Shown: positions 9,050-21,673 of the stretch, one piece after another
Layout: every line of letters starts with the position of its first letter
How positions within the stretch are numbered: position 1 is the first letter of the stretch
Origin: Macrostomum lignano
Taxonomy: Eukaryota
Assembly (NCBI GenBank): GCA_002269645.1
Contig: NIVC01000037.1
Coordinates: 1,273,121 to 1,337,120, forward strand
DNA length: 64,000 nucleotides
Reading direction: 5' to 3'
Program-made: the position numbers and the translations under genes
The notes under the pieces: generated by a model
The model's database searches: none
Told to the model about the DNA's origin: nothing
Seen by the model: the letters and a program-made list of their open reading frames with translations, nothing else

Positions 9050-11103
9050 GAAGCTTCAATCCACAAAAATCCACGAGAGAGGCGAACAACAATCCACAAA
9101 AATCCACGAGAGAGGCGAACAACAATCCACAAAAATCCACGAGAGAGGCGAACAACAATCTACAAAAATCCACGAGAGAGGCGAACAACAATCCACAAAA
9201 ATCCACGAGAGAGGCGAACAACAATCCACAAAAATCCACGAGAGAGGCGAACAACAATCTACAAAAATCCACGAGAGAGGCGAACAACAATCCACAAAAA
9301 TCCACGAGAGAGGCGAACAACAATCCACAAAAATCCACGAGAGAGGCGAACAACAATCTACAACAACCCACGAAAGACAGACGAAGCTCCAGTGCACATA
9401 ACCCACGAGAGAGGAACAGACGAAGCTTCAATCACAACAACCCAACGAATGCAGAGGAGCTCCAGTAAGACTGACTCACCGGAGCGGTGGGCGCAGCTGC
9501 GATCTGCTGCGGCTCCTGCTGGTACATGGCGCCGCCGGCCTGCATGCGCTGATGCTCAGCCGCCATGGCCGCCATCTGGCGCTGCATCTGCTGCATGGCG
9601 AACGTCTGCTGATCGTATATCTGCGTGTTCATGTGGTTGATGTAGGAACTGTACGGCATTGACTGCGGCTCCACTGGGACGGGTGCCGGCATCTGAAATT
9701 CGAAATTCGGTATTTGATTGTCTTATTAAAACTTTCTTCATAGCGTGAAAAGGTTAGTATATTCCACAGATACTGAGAATAACTCACAGATACTAGAATA
9801 ATAGTTATTCTTCTAGTATCTGTAGAATAGCTAGATGGGCCACTCAGCACATTTGCGTGTAAGCTACTTTCAGTTCAGTAGCAGGGTTAGACAGAAGCAT
9901 TTTAATGTATTTTTAAAGCCAAGGCTCATTGATCGGCTCTTACCCAGCCCCCCGGGTTAAACCCTCCAACCGCGCCTTTCCACACTGCCCCGCCCCAATT
10001 TTTATTGTCTTTCTCGGAATTCCAGCCTAAAGCTGCCATGTACATTTCAGTGGACTGGCTAATGTACATTATTGCTGAACCAATTAGCAAGTTGTTTACG
10101 CCTGCAAGCTTGGGCTTCGAAACTTTTCAAAGTCATTTCAGCTGCCTTTATTTTTATATAATAGCTTATGTATTCTTCTTTGCTACTGAACTGAAAGTAG
10201 AAAGCTGTTTTACTAAGTATATATGCCTGAGTGGCCCATCCAGTTATTTTAGTATCTGTGGTATTACTCATACTCATACCATCTGCGGCTGGGCACCATA
10301 GTGCTGATTCATTTGCTGCACCGCCGGTACCGACTGGAAGGAGGCAAAAGCGTGACTCTGCTGCCAGCCAAGGCCGCTACCCGGAGGGGCTGCGGTGGTT
10401 TTTGAAGAGTTTAATTATTTTTTAATCGTCTAAAGCTGTATCCTTATTGGGTAAAATCAGAAAAAAACAGCTACATTCGAACCAACATTACCCTGCTGAC
10501 CATAGGCCTGACCATAATTGACATTGTAAGACGAACTCATTGCACCGTAGGCGTTCTGACTGAACACGCCTCCTGATGGGGGATAGTTACTTCCATACTG
10601 AAAATTTAATTGTTAGGTGCTTTGTCTAGATTTTAATTTAGAATTAGTAATATACATGTAGAAAGTTTTATGTAGGCAGATTTTGTCAATTTACTTTGTG
10701 AATTACAGTGCAAGAAGACAATTTGTAAACGGAAAATTGAATTCCGTTTGTATAGGATAAGTTTGCTGATATTTTATTTATAGTGTTGTATCATGTATCA
10801 TTTTTATTCTTTAACATCTTAACATAAAGCTTCATTGCAAACAACCAATAATCTATACAACAAATCACATTATGACTTAATAAACTCTGAATACTTTGAG
10901 CAATCATTAAATAAGGGAAAGTTTACAAAAAACCTAAAGGTTTTAGCCTAAACACACTACAATATTATTAAAATATATATTTAAAAAATAATATTGTCAT
11001 TTCGAGACAAATTTAGTCATTGTAAAATCTAAGGTCCTATTATTCGTAGCAATGACTGACTCATATGAATTGGCAAAATGTATGCTTTACTTACGAATGC
11101 CAT
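3281..11103 (-). CDS. Annexin, about 557 aa, four annexin repeats and a long Y/G/Q/P-rich N-terminus; 9 coding exons
   Basis: Exons (minus): 11095-11103, 10492-10597, 10280-10389, 9480-9692, 8128-8796, 7143-7262, 6887-7018, 4621-4809, 3281-3406. All joins are GT-AG and in frame. Motifs [57 protein letters not shown]. Core confidence is high; the three 5'-most exons are less certain. Confidence 0.93.
3520..4572. repeat. C/T-rich degenerate minisatellite, core TCCCCACCTCAC(TCC)n, annexin last intron
   Basis: Direct reading; source of the spurious 362-aa ORF. Confidence 0.93.
4621..4809 (-). CDS. Annexin exon ([17 protein letters not shown]...IIISRAE)
   Basis: aaag|ATT and GAG|gtgcga, phase 0/0; EYVK|[10 protein letters not shown] aligns with the annexin consensus. 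Confidence 0.9.
5262..6848. repeat. GA-rich 18-20-bp minisatellite GAGAG[G/A]CAGAGAA[G/T]TAGA, annexin intron
   Basis: Direct reading. Confidence 0.95.
6887..7018 (-). CDS. Annexin exon, repeat III ([44 protein letters not shown])
   Basis: Not in the ORF track; read by hand. ttccag|GCT and AAG|gtgcaa; G-E-x-x-W-G-T-D-E motif. Confidence 0.92.
7143..7262 (-). CDS. Annexin exon encoding the extended II/III linker
   Basis: atgcag|GGC and AAG|gtgagt, 120 nt, phase 0/0. Confidence 0.88.
7305..8100. repeat. CT-rich degenerate minisatellite (CTCTCTCATCTCCACT / CTCGAATCTCTCTCAA), annexin intron
   Basis: Direct reading. Confidence 0.92.
8128..8796 (-). CDS. Annexin exon (end of N-terminus plus repeats I-II)
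   Basis: ccgccag|CCA and CAG|gtgtgc; two GLGTDE motifs. Confidence 0.93.
8971..9047. repeat. (GA)n microsatellite
   Basis: Direct reading. Confidence 0.97.
9057..9372. repeat. 33-bp minisatellite CAATCCACAAAAATCCACGAGAGAGGCGAACAA, about 9 copies
   Basis: Direct reading. Confidence 0.95.
9480..9692 (-). CDS. Annexin N-terminal Q/M/A-rich exon
   Basis: tttcag|ATG and CCG|gtgagt, phase 0/0, GC-rich open frame. Confidence 0.8.
9764..10261. mobile_element. MITE-like non-autonomous DNA element (498 bp) in an annexin intron
   Basis: Terminal inverted repeats CCACAGATACT / AGTATCTGTGG (11/11), further inverted blocks GATGGGCCACTCAG (14/14) and CTACTTTCAGTTCAGTAGCA (20/20), and direct TATT flanks at 9760-9763 and 10262-10265. 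Confidence 0.7.
10280..10389 (-). CDS. Annexin N-terminal exon ([14 protein letters not shown]...YGAQPQM)
   Basis: ccgcag|CC and ATG|gtatga; phases match both neighbours. Confidence 0.72.
10492..10597 (-). CDS. Annexin N-terminal exon ([10 protein letters not shown]...YGQAYGQQ)
   Basis: ttttcag|TAT and CAGG|gtaatg; Y/G/Q/P composition as in annexin A7/A11-type tails. Confidence 0.72.
11095..11103 (-). CDS. Putative annexin first coding micro-exon (Met-Ala-Phe)
   Basis: aacATGGCATTC|gtaagt: good start context, perfect donor, and phase 0 as the next exon requires. Confidence 0.6.
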
Positions 11104-12804
11104 GTTGTTTAAGCTCAGGATACCGTGGTAATAGCTAAAGTTTCTTTTTGAAAATCACCAGTACCAGTGCATACCAGAAAAATTATTTGAAGCACTAATA
11201 ACTAACTTGAAGCTGGAACTGTTTACATTAGACATTTGTATACAGTAACACTTACGTTTCAGAAAAATATTTAACTGATTATTTAATAAAAAGAAAATAA
11301 ATTTTGCTTGGTAATTAGTCTTTTCAAATATTTTTATTACAAGTACAAAAGTTTTGATTTAATTCTTTAAGTTCATCGAACGTTCGAATTCTGTTAAGTC
11401 CTGACAATCCAAACTTATACTGTACAAGCTACTCAGAAACTTAACTTTCATAGTTCGCCGTTTTTTGAAAGTTTTTTTATGATCTGCTGAATTGTTTTAA
11501 AACAAATATTGTTTGTAAAAATGTGAGCTTCAAGGACTACTAGACTAACATTTAAACATTTCAGTGGTCCTTTGTTGGTGAGCTTTTGCAGTGAAGCCCT
11601 ATACTTTGATTGTTTTGTGTTTTTTCACTAGACGTGAAAACTCTTAGTATTTCTTTTTTATGAATGCGAAATCTTTTTGCGATTTTTATTTAGAGTATGT
11701 ATTTAATTTTTACTCATTTTGCATTACGAGTACATGTATAAATTTCACAGATATTTGCATGGAAATTTGGAACAATTCATGCTTGGATACATGCGCATGA
11801 ACTAGCAAGCATGCTTCTCAATTTAATTAAATTTAAGATACAGACAGCATGCAGGAAAAAATAATCGATCGTAATTAAATCGAGCAAAATAATATCGCAA
11901 AACAAAAACTGCATATGTAATTTGTAAGATGTACTACTATTCACTATTTTACTATTTTACTTACATTATTACTTGAAGTAGAAAATTTTTCCCGGGGTTG
12001 CGTTGATTAGCGTGGCTTTCACTTGAAAACGATCAAACGTGGCCTTAATTGGACTCCTCCCCCCACAAGATCCTTAAGGCGGCAATACACACTTTATGCT
12101 ATATGGTTTCTATTTCATTAAAAAGCGACCAGATGCCCATGTCAAATCTTATCTGCCCCAACGGCTGTTTATTCCCCAATTGTTCCAAGAATATATCATG
12201 CTTTCAATATGTCTTTAAGCGCGCGACCCCCCGACGCCATTCATCATGCGCCCTTGACCGCAGTTAACTCTGGAGCTCGCGCGGCTGCAGCTGTTGCGAG
12301 CGCCTGGAAAGGAAAGGATGGCGCGGGGAGGAGAATTGGTAAAAAAAACGGGATGGTAGATACGCGGCCGAGAAGAAAAAGCAGGCAAATATGGTCAAGC
12401 TGAAAGCAACTTCCGGGAAGAAGGAATCAGAAGGAATAAAGAAAATGGACCGACAGAAAACAACAAGCCGGCAGCTTATGCCTTTGTCGGAATATATCAT
12501 CTCTGCATTTGCGAGGCCGAATGTAGTTTGCTATTTCTGGGGCAATTCCATGCACTCCACCCTTTTCCAATATCTTATCAATAAAATCTGCAACCAGAGG
12601 TCTAGAAAGATCCCATAGGGATCCCACATTTGCATTGCTTCAAACACTAATCTGTATGTCTAGCAGCTCTGTAAACTCTGAAATTGCATTAAGGCTACTT
12701 ATATAGACTTTGGATGTTAATTAGAAATTTCTAATTACCTACCTATTGATTCTGCATTGCACCTCATCAATAGTTCTAGCATGTAGTCTGACACTTGTAC
12801 ATGT

Positions 12805-13045
12805 ACTGTAACACTTGTTTGATTGTGTCTGTTGGTTACTGTAACACTTGTGTGATTGTGCGTGTTGGTTACTGTAACACTTGTGTGATTGTGCGTGTTG
12901 GTTACTGTAACACTTGTGTGATTGTGCGTGTTGGTTACTGTAACACTTGTGTGATTGTGCGTGTTGGTTACTGTAACACTTGTGTGATTGTGCGTGTTGG
13001 TTACTGTAACACTTGTTTGACTGTGTGTGTTGGTTACTGTAACAC
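12805..13045. repeat. 33-bp minisatellite GTAACACTTGTGTGATTGTGCGTGTTGGTTACT, about 7 copies
   Basis: Direct reading. Confidence 0.95.
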
Positions 13046-13802
13046 TCCCAAAAAGGCCTATTACGGAGTACTTCAGGGTCAGCTCAACCCCTCCCCCCGC
13101 GACCCCATATTGATCTACCATTGCTGGCGCTTTTGCTTAGTTTCTTTGGATTTTGGCGTCCGACAGTCGAACCCATTGCAGCAGGAAGTTCCTCCCATTC
13201 CAACTGGGTCAGCTTGACTTTCATTCATCTAAAAAAAGGTCTGCAAGCCTCCAAGCGAGACCGAATTCGATAAATACAAAAATTAATCGCGTGTTTAGCC
13301 TTATGGAAGTTTTTGGGAATCCAGTTTTTTTATCTGCAGCGTCTAAAATTGCTGTCTCTGAATGAAGATTCTTGTTATCTATTGGGCGTTTTTGTTTGCT
13401 AGATAGTCGGTCGGCTTCGGGCCCCCTCCGTTCCTTATAGCTATGTTGGCATTTTTTAAAGCAAAACTTTGCTAAAAAGGCAATCGAACACTGGAAACTG
13501 GATTTCCCATCACGCAGGCGCCAGTCTTCCGCGGGGATCCTGCCCCCCCCCCCCCCAACCTGCAGAGCCGGGGCTGCGCGAGGACTTCAAACAAAACATG
13601 TCCTGGACATTTTGGGCTGCACAATGCACCGCTTTCGATGCTATAAATTAGAATTGAAATTCTAAAGTCTGGGGCGTAGCCAGGGGGGACCCCCATGCCG
13701 GCAGCTGTGGCCCCCTGGTGCTGCACCCTCCCCCTCAAAGATGCATTATTAGAAGCTATGATCCCTTGAACAAGTCTGCATGAGCCCGCGTGACAGTCAG
13801 AG

Positions 13803-14672
13803 AGATCTAGTCTTAATGACCGAAAGTCAATGACCGAGATCTAGTCTCAATGCCCGAGATCTAGTCTCAATGCCCGAGATCTAGTCTCAATGCCCGAGAT
13901 CTAGTCTCAATGCCCGAGATCTAGTCTCAATTCCCGAGATCTAGTCTCAATGCCCGAGATCTAGTCTCAATGCCCGAGATCTAGTCTCAATGCCCGAGAT
14001 CTAGTCTCAATGCCCGAGATCTAGTCTCAATGCCCGAGATCTAGTCTCAATGCCCGAGATCTAGTCTCAATGCCCGAGATCTAGTCTCAATGCCCGAGAT
14101 CTAGTCTCAATGCCCGAGATCTAGTCTCAATCACCGAGACCTACATGTAGTCTCAATGACTGAGATGTAGTCTCAATGACCGAGATTTAGTCTCAATGCC
14201 CGAGATCTAGTCTCAATGCCCGAGATCTAGTCTCAATGCCCGAGATCTAGTCTCAATGCCCGAGATCTAGTCTCAATGCCCGAGATCTAGTCTCAATCAC
14301 CGAGACCTACATGTAGTCTCAATGACTGAGATGTAGTCTCAATGACCAAGATCTAGTCTCAATGACTGAGATATAGTCTCAATGACCGAGATCTAGTCTC
14401 AATGACCGAGATTTAGTCTCAAGGACCGAGATCTAGTTTCAATGAACGAGATCTACATGTAGTCTCAATGACTAAGATCTAGTCTCAATGACCAAGATCT
14501 AGTCTCAATGACTGACATTTGGTCCCAATTACCGAGATCTAGTCTCAATGCCCGAGATCTAGTCTCAATGACCGATATCAAGTCTCAATAACCGAGATCT
14601 AGTCTCACTGACCTAGATCTAGTCTCAATAACCGAGATCTAGTCTCAATAACCGCGATCCAGTCTCAATGAC
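13803..14672. repeat. 20-bp minisatellite GAGATCTAGTCTCAATGCCC, about 40 copies, degenerate toward the right
   Basis: Direct reading. Confidence 0.95.
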
Positions 14673-15209
14673 TGGGATTTAAGAAACAGCTGCTAACTAA
14701 CTCAATTAGTTTCGGTATGAACCAATGATCAAAGTTGACACACTGCAGTGCAGCAATCAGTCTGGGGTGTACAATTAAATTTGGAAATGAGGACAGGGCC
14801 AGTTTTTCTAAGGAACCAAATGTTTTCATGCCTAAAATGAAACTCCGCTGGACGGTCAGTAAGGCCTAGTTGGTTGTAATTGAGTTTAGCAATTTTTGCG
14901 AGCTCTTATCTTATCGACTACCTCGTCTGTTGCGGCAGAGAAATGTTTTAATAAGATTTAACAGTAAAGTTTCAAGATGCAGGTAACACCCAACCTCTCC
15001 CCTTTACCCTCTGGGCTGGTTATTGCGCCTGGGACTGCAGCACATTTACATGGCTGCGATAACAGCTGCTTGTATAGTTCAAATATTAGCTCAAAAACTA
15101 ATTCTCAACGGATCAGATAGTGTATGTTTTGAGTTTTTTTCAAAAACAGTCCCGGAGCTTTTTATACGTAGTTAAAAATAGCTGGCTCTTGTTGACAGCT
15201 AGAGGCCAG

Positions 15210-16196
15210 ATACACACTTACAATATACACGCACATACACACGCATACAATGTACACGCACATACACACGCATGCAATGTACACGCACATACACACCGCA
15301 CATACAATTTACACACACACGCACATACAATGTACACACACATACACACGCATACAATAAACACGCACATACAATATACATGCACATACAATATACACGC
15401 ACATACAATATACACGCACATACAATATACACGCACATACAATATACATGCACATACAATATGCACGCACATACAATATACACGCACATACACATATACA
15501 ATATACACGCACATACACACGCATACAATGTACACGCACATACACACCGCACATACAATTTACACACACACGCACATACAATGTACACACACATACACAC
15601 GCATACAATATACACGCACATACAATATACACGCACATACATACGCATACAATATACACGCACATACAATATACACGCACATACAATATACACGCACATA
15701 CAATATACACGCACATACAATATACACGCACATACAATATACACGCACATACATACGCATACAATATACACGCACATACAATATACACGCACATACAATA
15801 TACACGCACATACAATATACACGCACATGCATACGCATACAATATACACGCAGATACAATATACACGCACATACATACGCATACAATATACACGCACATA
15901 CAATATACACGCACATACATACGCATACAATATACACGCAGATACAATATACACGCACATACATACGCATACAATATACACGCACATACAATATACACGC
16001 ACATACATACGCATACAATATACACGCACATACACACGCATGCAATGTACACGCACATGCACACCACACATACAATGTACACACACATGCACATACAATG
16101 TACACACACACGCACATACAATTTACACACACACGCACATACAATTTACACACACACGCACATACAATGTACACACACACGCACACACACACACAT
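15210..16196. repeat. CA/TA-rich repeat (ATACACGCACATACAAT-type units)
   Basis: Direct reading; source of several spurious ORFs. Confidence 0.93.
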
Positions 16197-17484
16197 GGCG
16201 CTGCAATGCAAGAATACACAATAGATTAACTTAACAAGGCAAAACTTAAAGACGGAGGGCTCAATGCCAGGTGTGCAGGACTTGAGCACACGGCCATGCT
16301 TGCATGAATAATAGAAGTGAAAAGTTGAAAAAACTGTCTCAATGCTATTGAAAAGGTGTAGGAAAGCCAGAAATTGTAAGCAAGCCGATGGCTGCTGTAC
16401 ATGCATGTCAGCAAAGGGAGAAAAACTTGAATATTCACCTCTTGTGCCTCTGCCTCCTCTCTGTTGCGTCCGTCAGCCTGTCTGCCTAGTAGGAGCACTT
16501 GGCTCCCCCTTTCCCCGACTAAGAAGACAAGAAAGCTTCAAAATTGCAAAAGCAGCAATATTGTTAAAAGAATTTTTTGTTCAAAAGTCAAACAAAAATT
16601 CAACAGAGAGAGAGAGAGAGAGAGAGGGGAGGAGCCTTGGCAACTGAGCTGTGGTGCCAGGCCGGGGTTTGGCGCCAATCAGCTCACTCGCGCGCCAATG
16701 AAGCAGAGCCTTATTTAACAGTTACATACAGAGACCTTATTGCGCAAACAAAGCGGCAAACAATTTAATGAAAGTGTCAGTCAAAAATGCACTCAGACTG
16801 ATAGGGGATTCTCAAGTCTGTCTGTAGGATTTCTCGGCAATTCATAGGACCGCTGGCGGCCATGCAGTGCAATGCAAATACACTGACTGGTGCTGCATCT
16901 GGCATGGCATGGCACTGATACCGGCTTGCCATTTCAATAAGTTAATGGGCCATATAAAATAAACATTAATGTGTTCTCAAAGCCTATTAAATGGTATTAT
17001 GAGACAGGCAGGTCGTGCAGACATCTTGGCGTATAATAATTGAATATTTTTTCAACACTAGAAATATTTCAGATAGTAAAATTGTGAAAGCCAATTTCTC
17101 TGTACTGTCACGCTTGACTGACAGCAAGGGAGAAGGAAGAAGTGTTGAAAAAAATCTCAGAGGTTTTTATCAATTGTGCATTTTGGAGCTGTAGTGGATG
17201 ACAGGCAAATATAGTTAATTGAAGGCCTGATAACACCTGATTATGCTGCATTTCGCGTGAAGACATGCACTTCAGCACCAAAATGTCTGTCACACCCAAG
17301 CTTTCAAGTGTGTGTGTGTGTGTGCCACTGCCAAACAATTTTATGCTGAAGAGTGTACCGGTGACATCTTTGGATTGTTGTTCAAGTTTAATTTATTAAA
17401 TATGAATTACTTGGTTTTCTACGGCACATTGTAGTGCAGAGCCAACCGGTTGGAATTGAGGAGTTTATGAAGTAAAAATGAATA

Positions 17485-17962
17485 TTCGGGCGCCAAGTTG
17501 AATGTTTTGGCGCGAATTTGAGTGTTTTAGGCGCCAATTGGAGTGTTTTGGGCGATAAATTAAATGTTTTAGGCGCCAATTTGAGTGTTTTGGGCGATAA
17601 ATTAAATGTTTTAGCGCCAATTTGAGTGTTTATGGCGTCAATTGAGTGTTTTAGGCGCCAATTTGAGTGTTTTGGGCGATAAATTAAATGTTTTAGGCGC
17701 CAATTTGAGTGTTTTGGGCGATAAAATAAATGTTTTAGCGCCAATTTGAGTGTTTATGGCGTCAATTGAGTGTTTTAGGCGCCAATTTGAGTGTTTTGGG
17801 CGCCAATTGAGTGTTTTAGCGCCAATTTGTGTGCTCTTGGCGCCAATTTTAGTGCTTTGGGCGCCAATTGAGTGTTTTGGACGATAATTTGAATGTTTTA
17901 GCGCCAATTTGAGTATTTTGGCGCCAATTTGAGTGTTTTAGCGCCAATTTGAGTGTTTTGGT
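17485..17962. repeat. 20-21-bp minisatellite TTTTAGGCGCCAATTTGAGTG with variants
   Basis: Direct reading. Confidence 0.9.
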
Positions 17963-18252
17963 CGGAATCAACTTATTTATTGACTTAAAACGTGGTGAAT
18001 TAATAAATGAGCGAAATTGACACTTATATATAAAATTGCTGATTCCAGCAAGAAATTTACACGTGATAAATGAGACACTATGAAGTGCAGTTCTGCATGA
18101 CTAAACATTGCTTAACTCCTTCTCCCCCTCCCTCTCTGCAACTCTCCAAAGCCGTTGCTTGAGCTTGAGAACTTAGGAGCAAGATGAATTCAATAATATA
18201 GATTAAAATTTGCTACTGCTGGCTCGTGCGGCACATTTATATTCTGGTACAC

Positions 18253-18941
18253 AAGCTTCACAATCCCCAAGCTTCACAATCCCAAGCTTCACAATCCCCG
18301 AGATTCACAATCCCCAAGCTTCACAATCCCCAAGCTTCACAATCCCCAAGCTCACAATCCCTAAGCTCACAATCCCCAAGCTTCACAATCTCCAAGCTTC
18401 ACAATCCTCAAGCTTCACAATCCCCAAGCTCACAATCCCCAAGCTTCACAATCCCCAAGCTTCACAATCCCCAAATCTTCACAACCCCAAGCTTCACAAT
18501 CCCCAAGCTTCACAATCCCCAAATCTTCACAATCCCCAAGCTTCACAATCCCCAAGCTTCACAATCCCCAAATCTTCACAATCCCCAAGATTCACAATCC
18601 CCAAGCTTCACAATCCCCAAATCTTCACAATCCCCAAGCTTCACAATCCCCAAGCTTCACAATCCCCAAATCTTCACAATCCCCAAGCTTCACAATCCCC
18701 AAGCTTCACAATCCCCAAATCTTCACAATCCCCAAGCTTCACAATCACCAAGCTTCACAATCACCAAGCTTCACAATCCCCAAATCTTCACAATCCCCAA
18801 GCTTCACAATCTCCAAGCTTCACAATCCTCAAGCTTCACAATCCCCAAGCTTCTCAATCCCCAAATCTTCACAATCCCCAAGCTTCACAATCCCCAAATC
18901 TTCACAATCCCCAAGCTTCACAATCCCCAAGCTTCACAATC
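18253..18941 (+). repeat. 16-bp minisatellite AAGCTTCACAATCCCC (family copy 1)
   Basis: Direct reading; variant units with AAATCTT. Confidence 0.95.
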
Positions 18942-21053
18942 CACAATCAATGATTCACAATTGATTCACAATCAATGCTCAAGACTCGTTTCCAATCTAG
19001 GTGTGTTTAGGAGTCCTTGGTTCAATATAGTCCGATATCAAAGTTAATTGTGATATCGAAATGCAGTTTTCGCCAAGTTTATAACTGTCAAGGTTATTAT
19101 TATCTGCACAATGCCTGGAATAAAGTTGGCTTATGTATCGATAAGAAATTGAATTTCAAGATTTAGATTTCCAAGTAAAAATTAAGCAAAACTATAAAGC
19201 TACAAAACGTTATCTGTATGAGACAGTTACATATAGATAAGCCTTAATTAATATGCAAGGTTGGAATTACGAACTAGAAATGGTGAATCGCGTCATCCGT
19301 AACTTTTAATTGGCCTTACATGGATAATTTTTTGTCTACGAGCGTATTATACGAGCGTATGTATAATAATACACTGAAACGAGGAGATACTAAATTGTAG
19401 TTGACTACAAATGCATCGCCCTCAAATTTGTGTTATTTATTCATGCGTTTAGTGCCTTAAAAATTTGTTTTGTTGTCGATAGTATATAAAAACTTAAAAA
19501 TCTAACTCTGTGTTTTATGTCTATGGTAGAAATACATCCTGGAAAATTTGAAAATCTAACTATGTGTTTTATGTCTATGACAAAAATACAACCCGGAAAC
19601 TTTAACATCAAACTCTGTGTTTATGTCTGTGGTAGCGGAGATAAGCTACTGATAATTTCCGCAAGTTTTAACACTAGGGAATAGACAAGGCAAACAGGCA
19701 GAGTGTATTACATGGTATATGATACACTCAGCAACATTTAAAACGCGACTCGACGTGGCATTCCAAGAACGACTGCTCGCCATCTTTCCGCGTCTGTCAT
19801 CTGTTGAACCATTCTCTCAGCTGGATCACTCTATCTGAAAACAGTCCATAGTCATCGCCCTGTTACTTGCGAGAGGAAGCTACACGCGTTTCTGAAGCTC
19901 GATTTGAACCATAGACTATGCGCTTTGACTCTTCTGAGTGAGTTGATTTTTCTTCTAGTTAGAGTGTTGCGTTTTAAATGTTGCTGAGTGTATATTCACC
20001 CATCACATAGTAAATCTTAATATACAATTCAGCTTTCGCACAGCCTCACCAATGGAAATCTGCAATGAAAATTCTGAACAATTTGGGCTCACAAGTGTCC
20101 AGAAGTTTCCTGTGTGGGGATCTGTGTGGGTTGGGGTAATTATCAGGGCAGGTCTCTGAACCCTCGCAATTAAATAAGCTAGCAAATTGGCCTTATAAAC
20201 TGAGTAATTTTTCTTCTTTCGACGGGCGAAAACATGGCAAGATGTTTTTTTGTGAATTTCCCTTTTTGATTCGGAACAATCACCATCATCATCACCATCT
20301 TTTCTATCGGCTGAAGTCCAATTAAAAGTGCCAATCACTGCATCCGCGCGTCCTCGATTAAGACTCGGGTGTGGGGGTGGTCTTCGATTATGCAATCATT
20401 TTGCGAATCGATGCACAAAAACAATTTTCAACCCTTAGTTCCGCCTTCTTTTTCTTGATGTTTTCAATGAGTAAAAAAGGGGAAACTTAGTTGCCAAGAC
20501 ATTTCGGCCAAAAAAGAGGGTATTGGGACGGTGAAATATTGCAGATTGGGGGGGGGGTGCAGCTGGTTTCCATCAAAACTTTTATGGACAGCAACAAATT
20601 GAAATCTTTCTTTCGCTTGTTGATCTCTCTCCTCTCCTCCTCCTCCTCCTCCTCCTCCTCCTCCAATTTGAATCGCTGAACGCTTGCAGTCACAGCTTAA
20701 CTTAAGCAGCCAGTCGGTCATTATTCAGCCACTAGCAGATTCGTCCGGATTCGAAAATACACAAAGCCGATTTTCTTTTAGTCTCAGTGACACTGTAGTG
20801 TAATAATATATTGTGGATATATTTGCATTTATGCTTGCTTTAGAGCTGCATTCTAAATTTATGCATAGATATATGCTTATTGTTTGTAAGCTTATGGATG
20901 CGCTGTTGTACAATAATGAAAAATATAAAACAAGCTGAATAAAAAACGGAGGGTAATATTATTTAAAAAAACACTTCTTGTGCGTTAAAGCCTTCAGACT
21001 GACTCCGCTGCTTAGGGGCAAGCAAAATCAAGGCTCCTCTGGCCTCCGACTCC

Positions 21054-21054
<1 letters not shown>

Positions 21055-21102
<48 letters not shown>

Positions 21103-21352
21103 GGCAGACAGGTGCTGACGGACAGACAGGCAGACAGGTGCTGACAGACAGACAGACAGACAGGTGCTGACGGACAGACAGGCAGACAGGTGCTGACAGA
21201 CAGACAGGCAGACAGGTGCTGACGGACAGACAGGCAGACAGGTGCTGACGGACAGACAGGCAGACAGGTGCTGACGGACAGACAGGCAGACAGGTGCTGA
21301 CGGACAGACAGGCAGACAGGTGCTGACGGACAGACAGGCAGACAGGTGCTGA
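21055..21352. repeat. (GACA)n plus 26-bp unit GGCAGACAGGTGCTGACGGACAGACA
   Basis: Direct reading. Confidence 0.93.
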
Positions 21353-21673
21353 CATATTCATCTCATAGGTGTAGTAGCGCATTGCTAGCCTTGCAGATAA
21401 AAAAACATGACATAATCAGCTGCCAGCTCTGCTACTAAGAGAAATTGCTTGAACAACAAAATATTTGAGAAAAAACGTCACAATAATTTTACAAACAAAC
21501 AGACAAACAAAGACAAGAATAGACGCTAGCTAGACTAAGGGATTAAAAAAGATCCACATTTTCTCTGGCTTGACACTCTGGCTGGTTCGGCTGGACAAAG
21601 ACACGGACAAACAAATTGAAAACAAGCTGAGGCTGAAAAGCTGAATGAATTGGCTTCATCTCTGCAGTCCAGC

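Noticed and set aside
13110-13230. Minus-strand short frame MNESQADPVGMGGTSCC... that looks like a lipidated alternative annexin start
   Set aside because: It stops after 37 codons and its possible donor is phase 2, incompatible with the downstream exons; the MAF micro-exon fits better.
13670-13700. GGGGCGTAGCCAGGGGG, resembling a MITE terminus
   Set aside because: No matching inverted partner found in the window.
15120-16234. Many H/T/Y- or C/V/Y-rich ORFs on both strands
   Set aside because: CA/TA low-complexity repeat that is open in most frames.
19740-19830. Minus-strand peptide ...DAERWRAVV resembling a non-LTR element C-terminus
   Set aside because: Too short, with a stop just upstream and no other motifs.
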